NCBI GenBank assembly: GCA_013239625.1
Contig: MU053487.1
Location: forward strand, 1,633,058-1,697,057
Length of the DNA stretch: 64,000 bases
Direction: 5' to 3'
DNA from: Lama guanicoe
Taxonomy: Eukaryota
The position numbers and the translations under genes were made by a program. Of the stretch, positions 1 to 12,423 are shown piece by piece (position 1 is the stretch's first letter; the number at the start of each line of letters is the position of its first letter). A model generated the notes under the pieces. It was not told the origin of the DNA. It did not search any database and saw only the letters and a list, made by a program, of their open reading frames with translations.

Positions 1-370
1 TTGAAATGGCCACTTACTCGTATTTGCTGCAGTTTACTAGCCAAAGAAAGTCACAACCCGTCCAGATTCAAGAAGTTCACCTCTTTTGGGAGTATAGGAG
101 GAAATCATAAAAGTACTCAATTTATTCATAATAAATTTAAAAATTTTTTTAAAGAATGGGATAAATAGAAAACTAATATTAAAGTGGTAGATTTCAACCC
201 AACCACATTGAAAGTTGCATTAAACATAAATGATCTAAATATTCATTTGATTATCATACTGGGGAAAAGCAAGACCTAAGAAGTTCACCTCTTGTTGGGA
301 AGAAGAGCAAAGCCATATTACAAACCATCTTTGACACAAGGAGTCAAATATTTGCAGCTATTTTTGCACA
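1..370 (-). mobile_element. MLT1-family (ERVL-MaLR) LTR fragment, interrupted by an insertion at ~86-277
   Basis: ccaaagaaagtcacaacccgtccagattcaag...cacctcttgttgggaagaagagcaaagccatatt...tgcagctatttttgca resembles the reverse complement of MLT1 LTR consensus motifs (from memory). Confidence 0.6.
150..277 (+). mobile_element. Old L1 (L1M-type) fragment from the start of ORF2 (endonuclease)
   Basis: ggtagatttcaacccaaccacattgaaagttgcattaaacataaatgatctaaatattc resembles the L1 ORF2 start region (ISIITLNVNGLN-like). Confidence 0.5.
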
Positions 371-599
371 TTATCCACATTATTCTCTTTATTACTGTTG
401 TCTGATACTGCCTTTAGGGTCCTTCACGAGTAAAATACAAGACAAATCACACATTAATTTTGAATATCAGGGTCTCCTCAGAAATGATAAGATGCTTTAA
501 CATTAAAAACCTATTTTTAGAATTCAGTGCATTAACCAGACAAAGAATAAAGTTTAATATCTAATTAAAATTTTCTGTACTTAGAAAGTTTCTTTTGTC

Positions 600-800
600 A
601 TCACAACAATCCCTTGTACAATACTGAGTACTTTATAATGATTAACTTATTTAAATAGTAATAAAAATACTGGGACAGAAATGCTATAAATACTCCTAAT
701 TTGCAGATAAGGAAACTGAATCCTAAACAGTATAAGGAACTGTTCGGCATCACACAGTTAGAGATTAGCAGTAGAGGGAATAAAGCCCTGCTTACAAGTT
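600..800 (-). mobile_element. MIR SINE
   Basis: MIR core tttgcagataaggaaactgaatcc...atcacacagttag, preceded by tcacaacaatccc. Confidence 0.65.
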
Positions 801-1252
801 TAAATCCCTTGTAACTTGAAAACACAAACCCCTCCATGACGGTGGGCACCACTCCAGTAGAAAGGTTTCTCTGTATTTTCCCAATTACCCTCTCCCTGCT
901 CAGTTGATGATCTTTAATTTTCTGGGGAAGATGACTGAGGCCCACTTTGCAGGGTGCTGTCTAGAACAGAGGTGTGGCGTGCATGTCCTCAGAAAGCTAA
1001 CAGACTTTGAAGCCTTAAACTTGGGAACCAAAACCATTGAAAAATTTAGAAAAGGTTAAGAGTGAAACTTGTGCTTTGGGTTTCAGAGGAGATGAGATCG
1101 TACAGTGGATCCAGGAAGCAAGAAAGTTTGGTTCTAAAACATTTCATGTATACTTGCACTGGTTGGAGATAGGGAAGCTAACATGTCTGTCTTTGAGGAG
1201 GTAAATATCTGATGAGTTCGTCCACTGGTCCAGCATACTTCAGTGCCTTTTG

Positions 1253-1453
1253 TTTTGATTATATCGCTAGTCTGCCCCTCCTACCTGTCTCACTGTGGTC
1301 CTTTTTCTGTGTCTTTGGATGTAGAAGATCTTTTCTGGTAGGTCTTTGTCTTTTTCATAGATGATATTGTTCTGCAGATGGTTGTGGTTCTGGTGTGCCC
1401 ACGAGAGGAGGTGAGCTCAGAGTCTTTCTGTGCTGCCATCTTGGTTAATACCC
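1253..1453 (-). mobile_element. L1 extreme 5' end fragment (~200 bp) with flanking direct repeats
   Basis: The minus strand reads gggtattaaccaagatggcagcacagaaagactctgagctcacctcctctc, a typical laurasiatherian L1 5' terminus with the YY1 motif CAAGATGGC. cagtgccttttg occurs at 1241-1252 and 1454-1465. Confidence 0.75.
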
Positions 1454-2499
1454 CAGTGCCTTTTGCTTTTATTAGAGCACAGCCTCACTGAGTAACTGAA
1501 TCAGAATTAGCAACCTTGATTTGGAGCCAAGAGAATTTATGAGGATTGGAAGAATGAGAACATAGAAGGAATAAATAAAGTATCCATTAATTTACTTATT
1601 TATTCATCAACCAAAAAGATCGCTAAATTCCAGACAGCCCTCAGTCTGATGGTAGAGAAAGAAAGATTTAAGTGAAAATGTTTATGTACCAGATTATTAT
1701 TTGGGTAAGACATAGGTTAATTCCTGAGATGAGAAAGACAGCCTAACCCATAGAAGAAATTATTTTTACTATTGTTATTTTAACTTACTATTCACATTAG
1801 ATGCTGAGAAGACTCAGGTTTATGAATCATTAATTCTTCCCTGAGTGGACATGTGGTTCCCCTCATGAGGCAGCATGTGAGCAAGATCTTAAAAAGAATG
1901 AATAGGGAAAGACTCTAGGCTGCCTTCTCTGGGTACTGATGTTGTGTTGTGAGATGTTATTATGTACCAACCATTGCTAGGGCTCTGCCTTGTGTAACAA
2001 CAGAGGCACAGCATGAAAAGTAAAGGGCCACAATTACTGAGTTCTAATCATGATTGCCAGGCTTGTTTCCTTAGCTTAGGGAGTTAGTTCTAACAGCTAC
2101 AGAAATCAATGAGAGACCACGCTTTGCTGTACGTCTTTCAGACAGAGCTGCTACTAATTGCTCCGTAACCGTGGGTCTGACTGTGTTATCAGCCTTACTT
2201 CTCAAGTGATCCTGTTCTGGTGTAATTCTCCTTTTAACGGCTATTTGTACAAACAGCAGAGCCAGAATGGCCCTTGGAGACATCTTGTCCAGACTTTTAT
2301 CATTGGAGCCCTTTCTCCAGACACAATTCTCTTTAACATGGTAAACAAATCAAAGAGGAGTGCTCGGCTCAAGGAGCCGTTGTGTGTGGCCTGGCCTATT
2401 CAACCACTGCCCAGACTCACAGCTGCAGTGACTCTGGAAGAAGTAATAAGGACACCCTGTCATCTGATCAAAGATAGTGACCATTGTCTTGTCTAATAC

Positions 2500-2600
2500 T
2501 TAATCTTATAGGTGAGGAAATGGAGACCCAGATAAATTGATGATTTGAGGTCACACAGCAAGGAGTTTCCATAGCTAAAACTCAAAATTCATGGTTACTT
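2500..2600 (-). mobile_element. MIR fragment
   Basis: ttataggtgaggaaatggagacccag...aggtcacacagcaag matches the MIR core. Confidence 0.55.
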
Positions 2601-2744
2601 TTTACTTTAATGTTGTTAATCTCCCAAATCTCTTTAGTAATAGATATCAAGGAGTGGGCACAAAATGTAGGATAGCGTTTTGGCCTCTTAGAATAAAACT
2701 CATTTAATTGTTTCATCTCCTCCCATGAAACAATTCACAGTACA

Positions 2745-2885
2745 GTGAATCTCAAAATCTCAAGTGCTTATGAACAACACAGAATCCTTGGCTCCATTCC
2801 AGCATTAATAAATTAAAATGTCCTGGGTCAGAATGAGAGACCATATATTTTCACGACACTATCCATGTGATTCTGATGTAGCCTA
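2745..2885. mobile_element. MER5-like hAT-Charlie fragment
   Basis: Degenerate match: tctcaaa...cagaatccttggctccattccag...ccatgtgattctgatgtagcc. Confidence 0.4.
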
Positions 2886-3252
2886 TCAGAAAACAGGGTT
2901 AATATTTGTCACTGGACTCAATGTTCTAAGGGTGTTGTGACTCATAAAACTTTGGAACTTAGAACCTCACGTGCTGAAGAATTTGTGAGTGGTATTTAAC
3001 TTACTACAGGGACACGATGACTTGAACTAGGGAAGAATTACATAGAGAGATCATTAGCATCTCTAGTCTAGGTGAGCATTGGGCCTTCCCACCTGTCTTG
3101 TGCAGGTTTCTGCATGAAACTCATTGGTCTGACATTATCCCCAGGCCACAGAGTCCAGTGGGGGAGACCATGGAAGCCACATCAATAGTCTCCTTCAGTT
3201 TTCCCTCCAGATGTAAGCATCTGATGCTAGGACTCTGTTCTGGGAAGATTTT

Positions 3253-3324
3253 TTTTTTCTTTTCCTCTTTTTTTTAACATTTTTTATTGATTTATAATCA
3301 TTTTACAATGTTGTGTCAAATTCC
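3253..3324 (-). mobile_element. Very short, 5'-truncated young L1 3' end with poly(A) tail and TSD
   Basis: A poly-T run followed by aacattttttattgatttataatcattttacaatgttgtgtcaaattcc. Flanks ttctgggaagatttt (3238-3252) and ttccgggaacatttt (3321-3335) match at 13/15 positions. Confidence 0.7.
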
Positions 3325-4634
3325 GGGAACATTTTGACCTCCAAAATTAAGCCTACTAAAGATCTCTTGGGAGAGCTCAATATGCAAATGTATTCTACTT
3401 TTACAAAGTTTAAATTAGAAAATCCAAATTCATCCAAAGTAGGTAAAGTAGAGATACCTTTCTATATAAAACTATGAATTTTACAGACTTCAGAGAGATC
3501 TTGGAAATCAGTTAATCTCCATTATTATCACAGAGATTGATTAGGGCTAAGGGACCCCATACCTAGGTAGCCACGGGGCTCGGCCTTGAGTCAAAGGCCA
3601 GGGAAGAGTAAAATTTTTTTTTAAGTGCGTAAATATTTTGAATACTGTTACATGGTGTACAGAATTTTATACACGTGAAATTTGAAACAGGTCAGAGTAA
3701 ATAAAACAAGAGATAGGAGGAAATCTATTTCAAATTAGACAACAGATTACTTGAGAACCTTCTAAATTGTCAACTGTTATTTTTCAACTTGTGTTTATTG
3801 TAGATCAGTTTTGGTGCACAGTTTAAGAAAAGGGATTCATACTCAGTTTCTCAGCAGAGGGGGGAAGAAAAGCAGTGAGACTTGAACTTGCTTTTTAAGA
3901 CACTGATTTGAGGTGGAAAATTTTCTACAAAGAAAGAGCAAAGGGCCAGCATACTAATGGCAGTGATTCTAGGGGCTGTTCTAAAAAAGGCTTGGTTCTT
4001 TAAGCAGACATGCAGATTTTTTAACCATAACTCATACTTCTGAGCAAATGCGTTTTATACACTGAAGTGCAGCTTTTGACAAAATTCACGGCTCTGCCTG
4101 GATATGCCTTTGGCTGTGGTTTAAGCAGTTGCCTCTGACTCTTCTCAAGTCCATCAGCTTACGAAAGAGATGTGGAGGGGCCAACTCTGCTTCCCGATGA
4201 GGACAGAATCAAGAGATCGTGCCATCCTTCCCGCCTTCCCTCCCCCTGCCGTCTCTTTTGCAAGCCCTTGCTGGAGCAGTGGGAAAAGCACAGGGCACAC
4301 AGGACATGCTGCTTCTGATGGGGAGGTGGTCTCAATCTGTGTGCCAACAAGGGTGGTACTTGGCCATGTATCAGCTTTGGAGCCAAACAGTACTAGGTTT
4401 GAACCTTGCTTTCTCCTCTGAGATCTTGTGTACATTATTTTATAGGTCTGATGTGCCATCTCTGGGCCTGTTTTCTCCTTTATAAGGTACAAAAGATAAG
4501 AATACAAGCTCCTTACTCAGATTGGCTGAGTTCATTTATTTTTCTACCTAGAGCAAAATAAGTTCTCCTTAATGATCAGTTTTCTCCTCAAGCTTCAACA
4601 GAGATTCCATTCCAGGGATAGTTCTTGTGACAGG

Positions 4635-5070
4635 TATACCAGTTAGCTCCAGTTGCGTAATGACCCATCCTGAAACATTTCCAACAAAAGCATTTCCTGA
4701 GCTCAGGATTCCACAGACCAGCAATGTGAGCTGGATTTACCTGGGTGGTGTGTTACAGATTTGGTTGATCTTGGCTGGGCTTGCTCCTGTAACCGCATTT
4801 AGTAATTAAGTCACCCAGGGCTGTCTGGGACAGTGGGGCCTTTCTCCACATGGGGAGGCTGGGTTTGTTCCTGTGGAAATAGCAGAGGTACCAAGAGAAC
4901 AGAGTGGAGGTTGTCAGACCTCTTGGGACCCAGGCTGGGAACAAATTCTTCTGCCACATTCTTTTGGCTCATCAAATCATATGCCCAGCCCAGAATTAAG
5001 GGGCAGAAAGCCAATTCCTTTTCTTGATGGAGATGCTGAAAGAATTGGTACAACATTTGCCATCTACCAA
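4635..5070 (-). mobile_element. MLT1-family solo LTR
   Basis: Diagnostic MLT1 reverse-strand segments: ttggctgggcttgctc, ttctgccacattcttttggctcatcaaatcatatgcccagcccagaattaaggggcag, tcttgatggagatgctg. Confidence 0.7.
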
Positions 5071-6322
5071 ACCAGGTTGACTCTTTCTGGCTACAATTTT
5101 AGTTCACAGAAGGAGTACCATACTGCATGACAGGATGCTTAGTTCTTAGTCACTTCCCTGAGTCTAACTACCACCAACTACAAGGCAAGGCAGGGCATTC
5201 ATATACCAAAGCCTTGTTATTTTATTTTCATTTATAATTTCCTCTCCTTGTGACTCATCCCACAGCTAAGACAAGCATGGATGCCATGCATTTATTTATT
5301 GGGGGGTTGGGGACACCTCTTTTTTTCCCTCTCTGACAGGTGTCCTGGGATATCCTTCTGGAGTAGCAATCTGGCCCTTCGTCTCATTTTGCCAATCTGA
5401 TCACCCTAGGGTAGGGCGATTTAACAGGAGTAATTAATCATTGTGTTTTCTGAAATTGGAAGCCAAGGCACATTAGCCTCATACCAGAGAGCATGTATGC
5501 CAGTGAGGGGGTGATGAAGGAGTGTGTGTAATGAGAGAGGTGAGAGTCTTATAATTAAGGAGGAGCATAAATAATAATGAAAGTCATTAGTGCCACTCGG
5601 TTGAAAGAATGTCATAAATGTAATTGGGGCATTAAAGTGAAATCCATTATGACAAACATTAACACATACAAAGGAGGGGAAAATGTGGTTATCTTGAGTT
5701 TGACAGATAACTTCGGCTTCCAGTGGGGCCCAGATGGCGTTCAGGAAAATGTTATGAGCAGTTTTATTTTAATATTTTTGGTTATGTGATATTTGGGAAT
5801 CGAATGACACAAACACATGAGGAATTTTCACATGCCTGGCCTCGAAGCGGCTGGCAGAGAAGAGAGGTCACCGAAGGCAGCAGAGGACTGGAAGACTTCC
5901 ATCTCGGCTGCACGACACTTCTTAGGTGTTGCGATAACTCAAGGCATATGATGCAGTCTGGCATTTTTCCCCCTCTGTGAAATTCCCTGTTGAACCAGGC
6001 ATGCAGTTTGGATGCTATCTTTAAAAAATAGCAAAGTGTGGGGCGAGCGACAGGGATGAGGATGAGGACATTTAAACAATTATGCAGGAAATTATATGAT
6101 GCTAAAATTGAACACGGACAGACTGTTCAGTGGCAGGATTCCCACTCGTGCTGAGCTTTGCAAAGGAGAGAGGGGTTTTTTTTTTTCTTTCTCTCTGGGA
6201 CTGTAATTTTTGAGCATGTAAGAATTCAGAATATAAAACAAAAGAAAAAATTTGAATAGTTCTAGAGATGGAGGCAAATAGAAATAAGAAGGCAGTTGTG
6301 AAAAAAGAAAGAGAATTAAGAT

Positions 6323-6348
6323 TGTGTGTGTGTGTGTGTGTGTGTGTG
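6323..6348 (+). repeat. (TG)13 microsatellite
   Basis: Read directly from the sequence. Confidence 0.95.
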
Positions 6349-6459
6349 TTGAAAGAGAGGAGGTGATCAACGATGGCAGTGGTTTGGAAAGAGATATGTT
6401 CTTCTTTGGGGTTTCTTTTCAGGGCAGGACAAGCCCAAGGGGATTCAGTCTCTGCCAGC

Positions 6460-6565
6460 AGGGGTATCATGAGGACTCAATGAATCTGTATATGTAAAAG
6501 GCTTAGCATACTGACTGAGAATGGAAAACCCTCAATAAATGGGAGCTATAATAACTATCATTATA
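6460..6565 (+). mobile_element. MIR 3' fragment
   Basis: atgaggactcaatgaatctgtatatgtaaaaggcttagc...ctcaataaatgggagctataata. Confidence 0.55.
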
Positions 6566-7096
6566 AGTGTTACCGTATGTCAGGGCTGCAGGAGCCATCC
6601 ATTTATGGGGGGAGTCTAGATTATTCATGCATGATGGGGGAGAGGGAGGGGCACACTGACATCTGCGTCAAGCCCACTGTATATAGAGAGATGTAGATAA
6701 CATGTTAGCTCATCTGATCCACATGGCAAAACTGCTTAGGAGGTATCATTGCCTATGATTGAGGAGACAAAGGATCAGATAGTTTAACGCACATAAAGCT
6801 GTTAGAATGGTCATAATAAAGGCTCAGTAATATGTTAGCTCTGATGATTGCCACACTCGAAGTCCCACAGCTAACCATCAGGAGACTCAAAATTTAAATC
6901 CTTTTCCCTTTAATGCTGATTCCACTCAGTGGCCTCTCACCTGCCTCACCTGGACCAGTCCACACCCCCAGAGATGAACATTCCATCGTGAAAAGGCTAC
7001 GGGATGTGATGGAAGGCCTTTGAAGCCTGGAGCCAGAAACTCTGGTTGAAATCCCTGCTACAGTCCGTTGGATACAGAGTTTGTATGGTGCACACT

Positions 7097-7538
7097 TGTA
7101 GTCATGGTGCCCAGAGTTCACTCCAAAGAAGGACTGGTTGCCCCAATTGCTGGGAAGACTGTTAGCAGACAGTCTCCTCAGCCCTTCAGGGATCATTTCA
7201 GTTGTCGAGAATCACCTCCTACAAGGTCATGGCCCTTCCTGAGATAGTCCATACTTGATAACTGATGGCTGTGGGAGGATGAAAGCATAGACATCCCTAT
7301 TCAGTAGGAACAACTCAGGGGGCCATTATAGCTCTAGGGCTTCGTGTGTGTGTGTGTCTGTCTGTCTGTCTGTCTCAAAGGCATCAAAGGGCTTACAGGA
7401 CAACTGGACTTCTCCCTCCTATCCCCTTTCTTTCCCTTCCCTTCCCTAAGACTGGACCCCCAAGTGCTCTTTGCAATAAACATTCTGCAGATTTAACTCT
7501 AGTTCAGGATCTGCTACCTGGAGAACCAAGTGGAGACA
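7097..7538 (+). mobile_element. LTR16-family (ERVL) solo LTR containing a (GT)n(CTGT)n tract
   Basis: TG...CA termini, AATAAA at 7475-7480, and a 3' end ttcaggatctgctacctggagaaccaagtggagaca typical of LTR16. Confidence 0.7.
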
Positions 7539-8299
7539 GCTTTTAATATGCAAAGGGAGGCAGTGCAGTCATTACTGAATAGATTTCTGTGAGGATCTGA
7601 GGGGAAGTGTTTAGCCTATTCATACAGGAACACAGTTACAAGCACATGAAGGAGTTTCAGAAAATGTCACTGAATCGGAAGCTGAACTAATTGAAGAAAA
7701 AATGATGAGCAGGTATCATAATGTCAGCACTGAGCAGGACCATTCAGGTGCTGAAGGATTTCAGTTAACATCTCTATCCCACCATCCTGCATTCAGTTTC
7801 ATCCCCAGGGAGCTTGCCAGGAAGCAAAAGATATTGTTTAAGTAACAATGTCTTGCTGAACTTGCTCCGTGATGTGCTCTGATGCAGAAGAAACCCATTT
7901 AAAATGAACTTCAGAGGTGTCAGAGAAGAAAAGAGAGTCACAAAACAACATTTAAACCTAGGAGGAAATGTAGAGAAGAGGCTTGTGTCTTGATTTAGGA
8001 AGCCTGACTTAAGAGACTAAATAATAAGTAATAATAATAAATAACAATAAGAGAGAAGTTGAGAAACAATCAGAAGCTAGAGACTGGCTTAATTTTGTCT
8101 GTTTGCTTACTTGTTTTTAAAGTGCATTTTTATCTATTTTAAATTAGATGAATAGTATATAAATATAATCTCATAATAAAAACAAGGAAGCAATAGTTGG
8201 TCTTTTAAGGATATATTCCTAAAGAACTAGATTCTAGAGGTTTCCCTTTGGGAAAAGATTCTCTATTAGTGAACATAGTTTTTGCTTTTTAAATTTTTA

Positions 8300-9150
8300 T
8301 TAGTGTTTTAGAATTTTCAATTACTTTCTGCATCTTTTTTTTAACGTACACTTTTAAGATATCTTATTTCTTCAGACCTTTGAAAATTATTTGTAAAAAA
8401 TTGTAGCTTATCTAGGTATTAAATAAGAGGAACTTCACATTTGTAGCAATATTACCCTTATACTTTCTAAAAGTATTTATATATTGCTCCTTATTTTCTT
8501 AGAGAGTTAACTGATTTTCAAAGAATGAATTGTTTTGGGAAAAAATAATCTTATAATTAAAATTAGAGTAAATTTAATCATCATTTTATATTTTAATTTT
8601 TGGTTTAACTACAGTAATTTTTCTATCTTTTTCAATTGGATGTTAGATAGTTATTCAATTATTTTATCTGTCTGTCTCTCTCCATTATTTGTAGGGCTAT
8701 GAAATCCCCTCTGAGCACAGCTTTAGCTACTTCCCACTGGCTTGCTAAAAGGTCATTTAAATAGTTTTTAAGTTCTGCTATTGCATTTTAACCAATTTAT
8801 TATTTAAAAGTGTTAAATTTAATCTCTCAACATGTTTTGGAGGGCATTAGCCCTCCAAATTTACATATTGATTTATACTTTGATTTAATCAGGGTTAGAA
8901 ACTGTGTTTGCATTTTTAAACATTAGAAATAGTTCTTTATTGCCTAGCATATAATCTGCGTTTATCATGTTTCCTATGTTTGTAAAGAATGCATATTCTT
9001 TCTTTGGAAAGTATGAGCTGCTCTAGAGAGCTATTTGATCATACTTATTAATTGTAATAATAACTCTCATATGCCTTTACTATCTTCCCGCTCTTTAAAG
9101 AAGACATTTCATAGTGTTTCCTACTATGAGTTCTCCCACCTCAGCTTCAT
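8300..9150 (-). mobile_element. Old L1 (L1ME-like) ORF2 fragments
   Basis: gctatgaaatcccctctgagcacagctttagctacttccca and tgcctagcatataatctg...aagaatgcatattct match antisense L1 ORF2; T-rich on the + strand. Confidence 0.6.
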
Positions 9151-10888
9151 ATATTTGTGAAACTATTGCAAAATCTCTTTTGTGTCCTCAAAATTACATC
9201 ATTAGATGTGGATTCCTTTGCATCCAGATGGATTTTTATTTTCAAAAATTTTCTCAAGAAATGCCATGAGCCTTAGAAAAGGTGATACTTCCAGCTGGCC
9301 TGCTAATCACAGGGTATTGACGCCATCTCTCTCCCCTCCTGGGACTTTGATAGACTTGGCTGATTGATCAAGGTCTTCCTTCCTGCAGAGTCCAGATGCT
9401 ACCTTGGAATATACTGTTCAAGTCAGTTGCTACCAGCTGATCACGGTTTGCCCTTCAGTTAGAACCTATTTGCCCTCCCTGCTTAAAACATTATCAGTCA
9501 ACACAAAAAAGTAAAATTGACTAATGTTAGAGGGCTACCTCAAATTAATACTTTATCTGTCAAGCTATTATTCGTAGCAATTTGCCAATACTGTTTAAAG
9601 TGGGAATTCTCAAGGTAAAAAGTATCCTTGAGACCTTCTTAAAATAATTATTTGACAAAATCCATACAACCAAGGGATGAATCAAAATAAACCCTGCATT
9701 AAAGAAACTATGGTAAAGAGATCCATTAAAATAAGATGAAACAATTATAGTCACAGGACAGAATATTCATAATTTATACTCTGACCATAGAAATAAATGT
9801 CACCGGCTGGAAATTAGTTAAACCCATTGATCTGTGATTATTAGGATATTGTTGGGGAAGGAAAAAATTTGTTGATGTCATCTAATCTTCTTCTAACCAT
9901 ATTGGTAACTGAACCCTTTGTTAAATCCTCATATTTGCTAGGAGGAATGGCTCTTATCTGTGGAAGAGTCTTAACAGCATACCTCTGGGTTTTAGGATTG
10001 CTTATGATGCACAAGACTAGTACAAGTGGATTTATGCAACATAATTCCCAAGAAATATTATATGAGATATATGACAGTCTTGAATATCAAATGAAAATGT
10101 TTTGTGACTAAAATGTTTTCCACTGTGTAAGATTCTGGCATATTTCAGTTAGAGGCCTCATTTATTACTCTGGTCCAAAGACATCTTGTTCCTGTAAAGG
10201 AAAGGAGAAACTGAGGAACCATGCATGCATGATCTCTGGGACCTCTCTCTCTCACTTGGGATATTTTCTTCATCAGATAAGAAGTGTGGTTGAACTGCAT
10301 TACCCAATACTTTTTGAACACAGGAATCTGAGACATAGTCCAGTGTTATTAAGACTAATAAAAAATCAGGAGAGAGAGACGAACCATAACCTACCCTACA
10401 AGGCATTGGCTTAGTGTTCAGACAACAGGTGAGAGAAGACTGATACAAGGGGTGGCAAAGAGCAAAATGTTTGGTAAAATTATTATGTACAGTCACCTAT
10501 GAAGCAAATGACATTCCTTTCACCCATGAGGGCATAGGAAAAAAGTACAAAGATGGAACATGTTTGTCTTGTGTGCAGAATATTATTGGATACTTTGGCA
10601 AAATGTTAAAAGAAAGAGATGTACTCCAGATAGAATTGACTTGTTCCAAATAGGAATGGAAGAAAGCAGAGGTTCTAATGTTGGAAAAGCGTATTGCTTG
10701 TACAGCCTATTTAAGATGGCATATAAAGAGGTTCTGAATGGGAACAGACCCAGTAAAGCTGATCATTTGATTAAAGTGATGCAAGCAAAAATCAAAATAA
10801 GAGTGTAGCCTACATATTGTTTAAATTTTTCAGTGGATTACTGTGCCTTGGGGAAAAGAGTTTGACCTTCACACCTATTATTGTATTT

Positions 10889-11758
10889 TTTGTTTGTTTT
10901 AATTGAAGTATGGTCAGTTTACAGTGTGTCAGTTTCTGGTGTACAGCATAATGTTTCAGTCATACATATACATACATGTATTCCTTTTCATATTCTTTTT
11001 CATTATAAGTTACTACAAGATATTGAATATAGTTCCCTGTACTGTACAGTAGGACCTTGATGTTTATCTATTATATATATTGTAGTATCTGCAAATCTCA
11101 AATTCCCAATTTATCCCTTCTTACCCCATTCCCCCCAGTAACCACAAATTTATTTTCTGTCTGAGTCTGTTTCTGTTTTCTAAATAAGTTCATTTGGGTC
11201 GTTGTTTGTTTTTTAAAGATTCCACATGTGAGTGATATCATATGGTATTTTTTCTTTCTCTTTCTGGCTTACTTCACTTAGAATGACGATCTCCAGGTCC
11301 ATCCATGTTGCTGCAAATGGCATTGTTTTATTTTTTTATGGTTGAGTAGTATTCCATTGTATAAATATACCATTACCTCCTTATCCAGTCATCTGTCGAT
11401 GGACATTTAGGTTGTTTCCATGTGTTGGCTATTGTATGTAGTGCTGCTGTGAACATTAGTATGCGTGTGTCTTTTCTAATTAGACCTCCCTCTAGATAGA
11501 TACCCAGGAGTGGGATTGCTGGACCATACAGTTAAACCTATTTTTACTTTTTTGAGGACTCTCCATACTGTTTTCCATAATGGCTGCACCAAACCACATT
11601 CCCACCAGCAGTGTAGGAGGGTTCCCTTTTCTCCACACACTGTCCAGCATTTATCGCTTGTGGACTTTTTAATGATGGCCTTCTGACTGGTGTCAGATGA
11701 TACTTCATTGTAGTTTTGATTTGCATTCCTCTGATAGAGATACTGAACTTGGAATGAA
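10889..11758 (-). mobile_element. Lineage-specific L1: 3' UTR plus end of ORF2, 5'-truncated, 13-bp TSD
   Basis: ORF 11544..11726 ([15 protein letters not shown]...) is the frameshifted L1 ORF2 C-terminus. The 3' UTR reads attgaagtatggtcagtttacag. TSD tattattgtattt (10876-10888) versus tattatggtattt (11759-11771). Confidence 0.92.
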
Positions 11759-12423
11759 TATTATGGTATTTGGGATTGTCTCTTATGACAAATAAGGTTT
11801 GTTTTTTAAATGTGTGGGAAGAAGAGAACAGAGATACATGGTGATCATTAGGATGGAAAGTTATGGTATTTACATATGTCTGAAATTCAAAAAAATCAAG
11901 GACAGCTGAACTTCATAATTATTGTTTGTCTAGGTCATCTGATGATTCAGCAATGTTTGGATGATTAATAACGTGAAGACATACATACTGTATAAATGAA
12001 TGCATACTTAAACATTTGCTTTTCTTACCTTCACTTTAGAGAAAATCAATAATTATGTTGTTATACAGAGTTTGTTCCCCCAACTTGTATTCACGTATCA
12101 ATAGTCATATAAAAGATTAAAATAAAGTAGAAATATACTCAAAGTGTAGACAATTTGAATATGAAGCAAGTGTAAGCAATCAAAAAATATAGAAGACATA
12201 TTTTCAGGAATGCTATTTTCCTTCTAGAGTATTATTCTCTAAAAATAAAAGTGAAAAAGATCAAATCACTAATTTGAACAAAATAAATTAATTACAAGTA
12301 AAATAATTACTATTTTTAAAATATTTAAATCAAATTTGTAACATTTTAGACATAGAACTATTCACAATCCTAGCCTTTAATGTTCATCTAGTTGCCAGTG
12401 TCAACAATCAGTATTGTCTTTCA

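Noticed and set aside
11544..11726. 60-aa ORF as a host gene
   Set aside because: It is a frameshifted L1 ORF2 C-terminal remnant.
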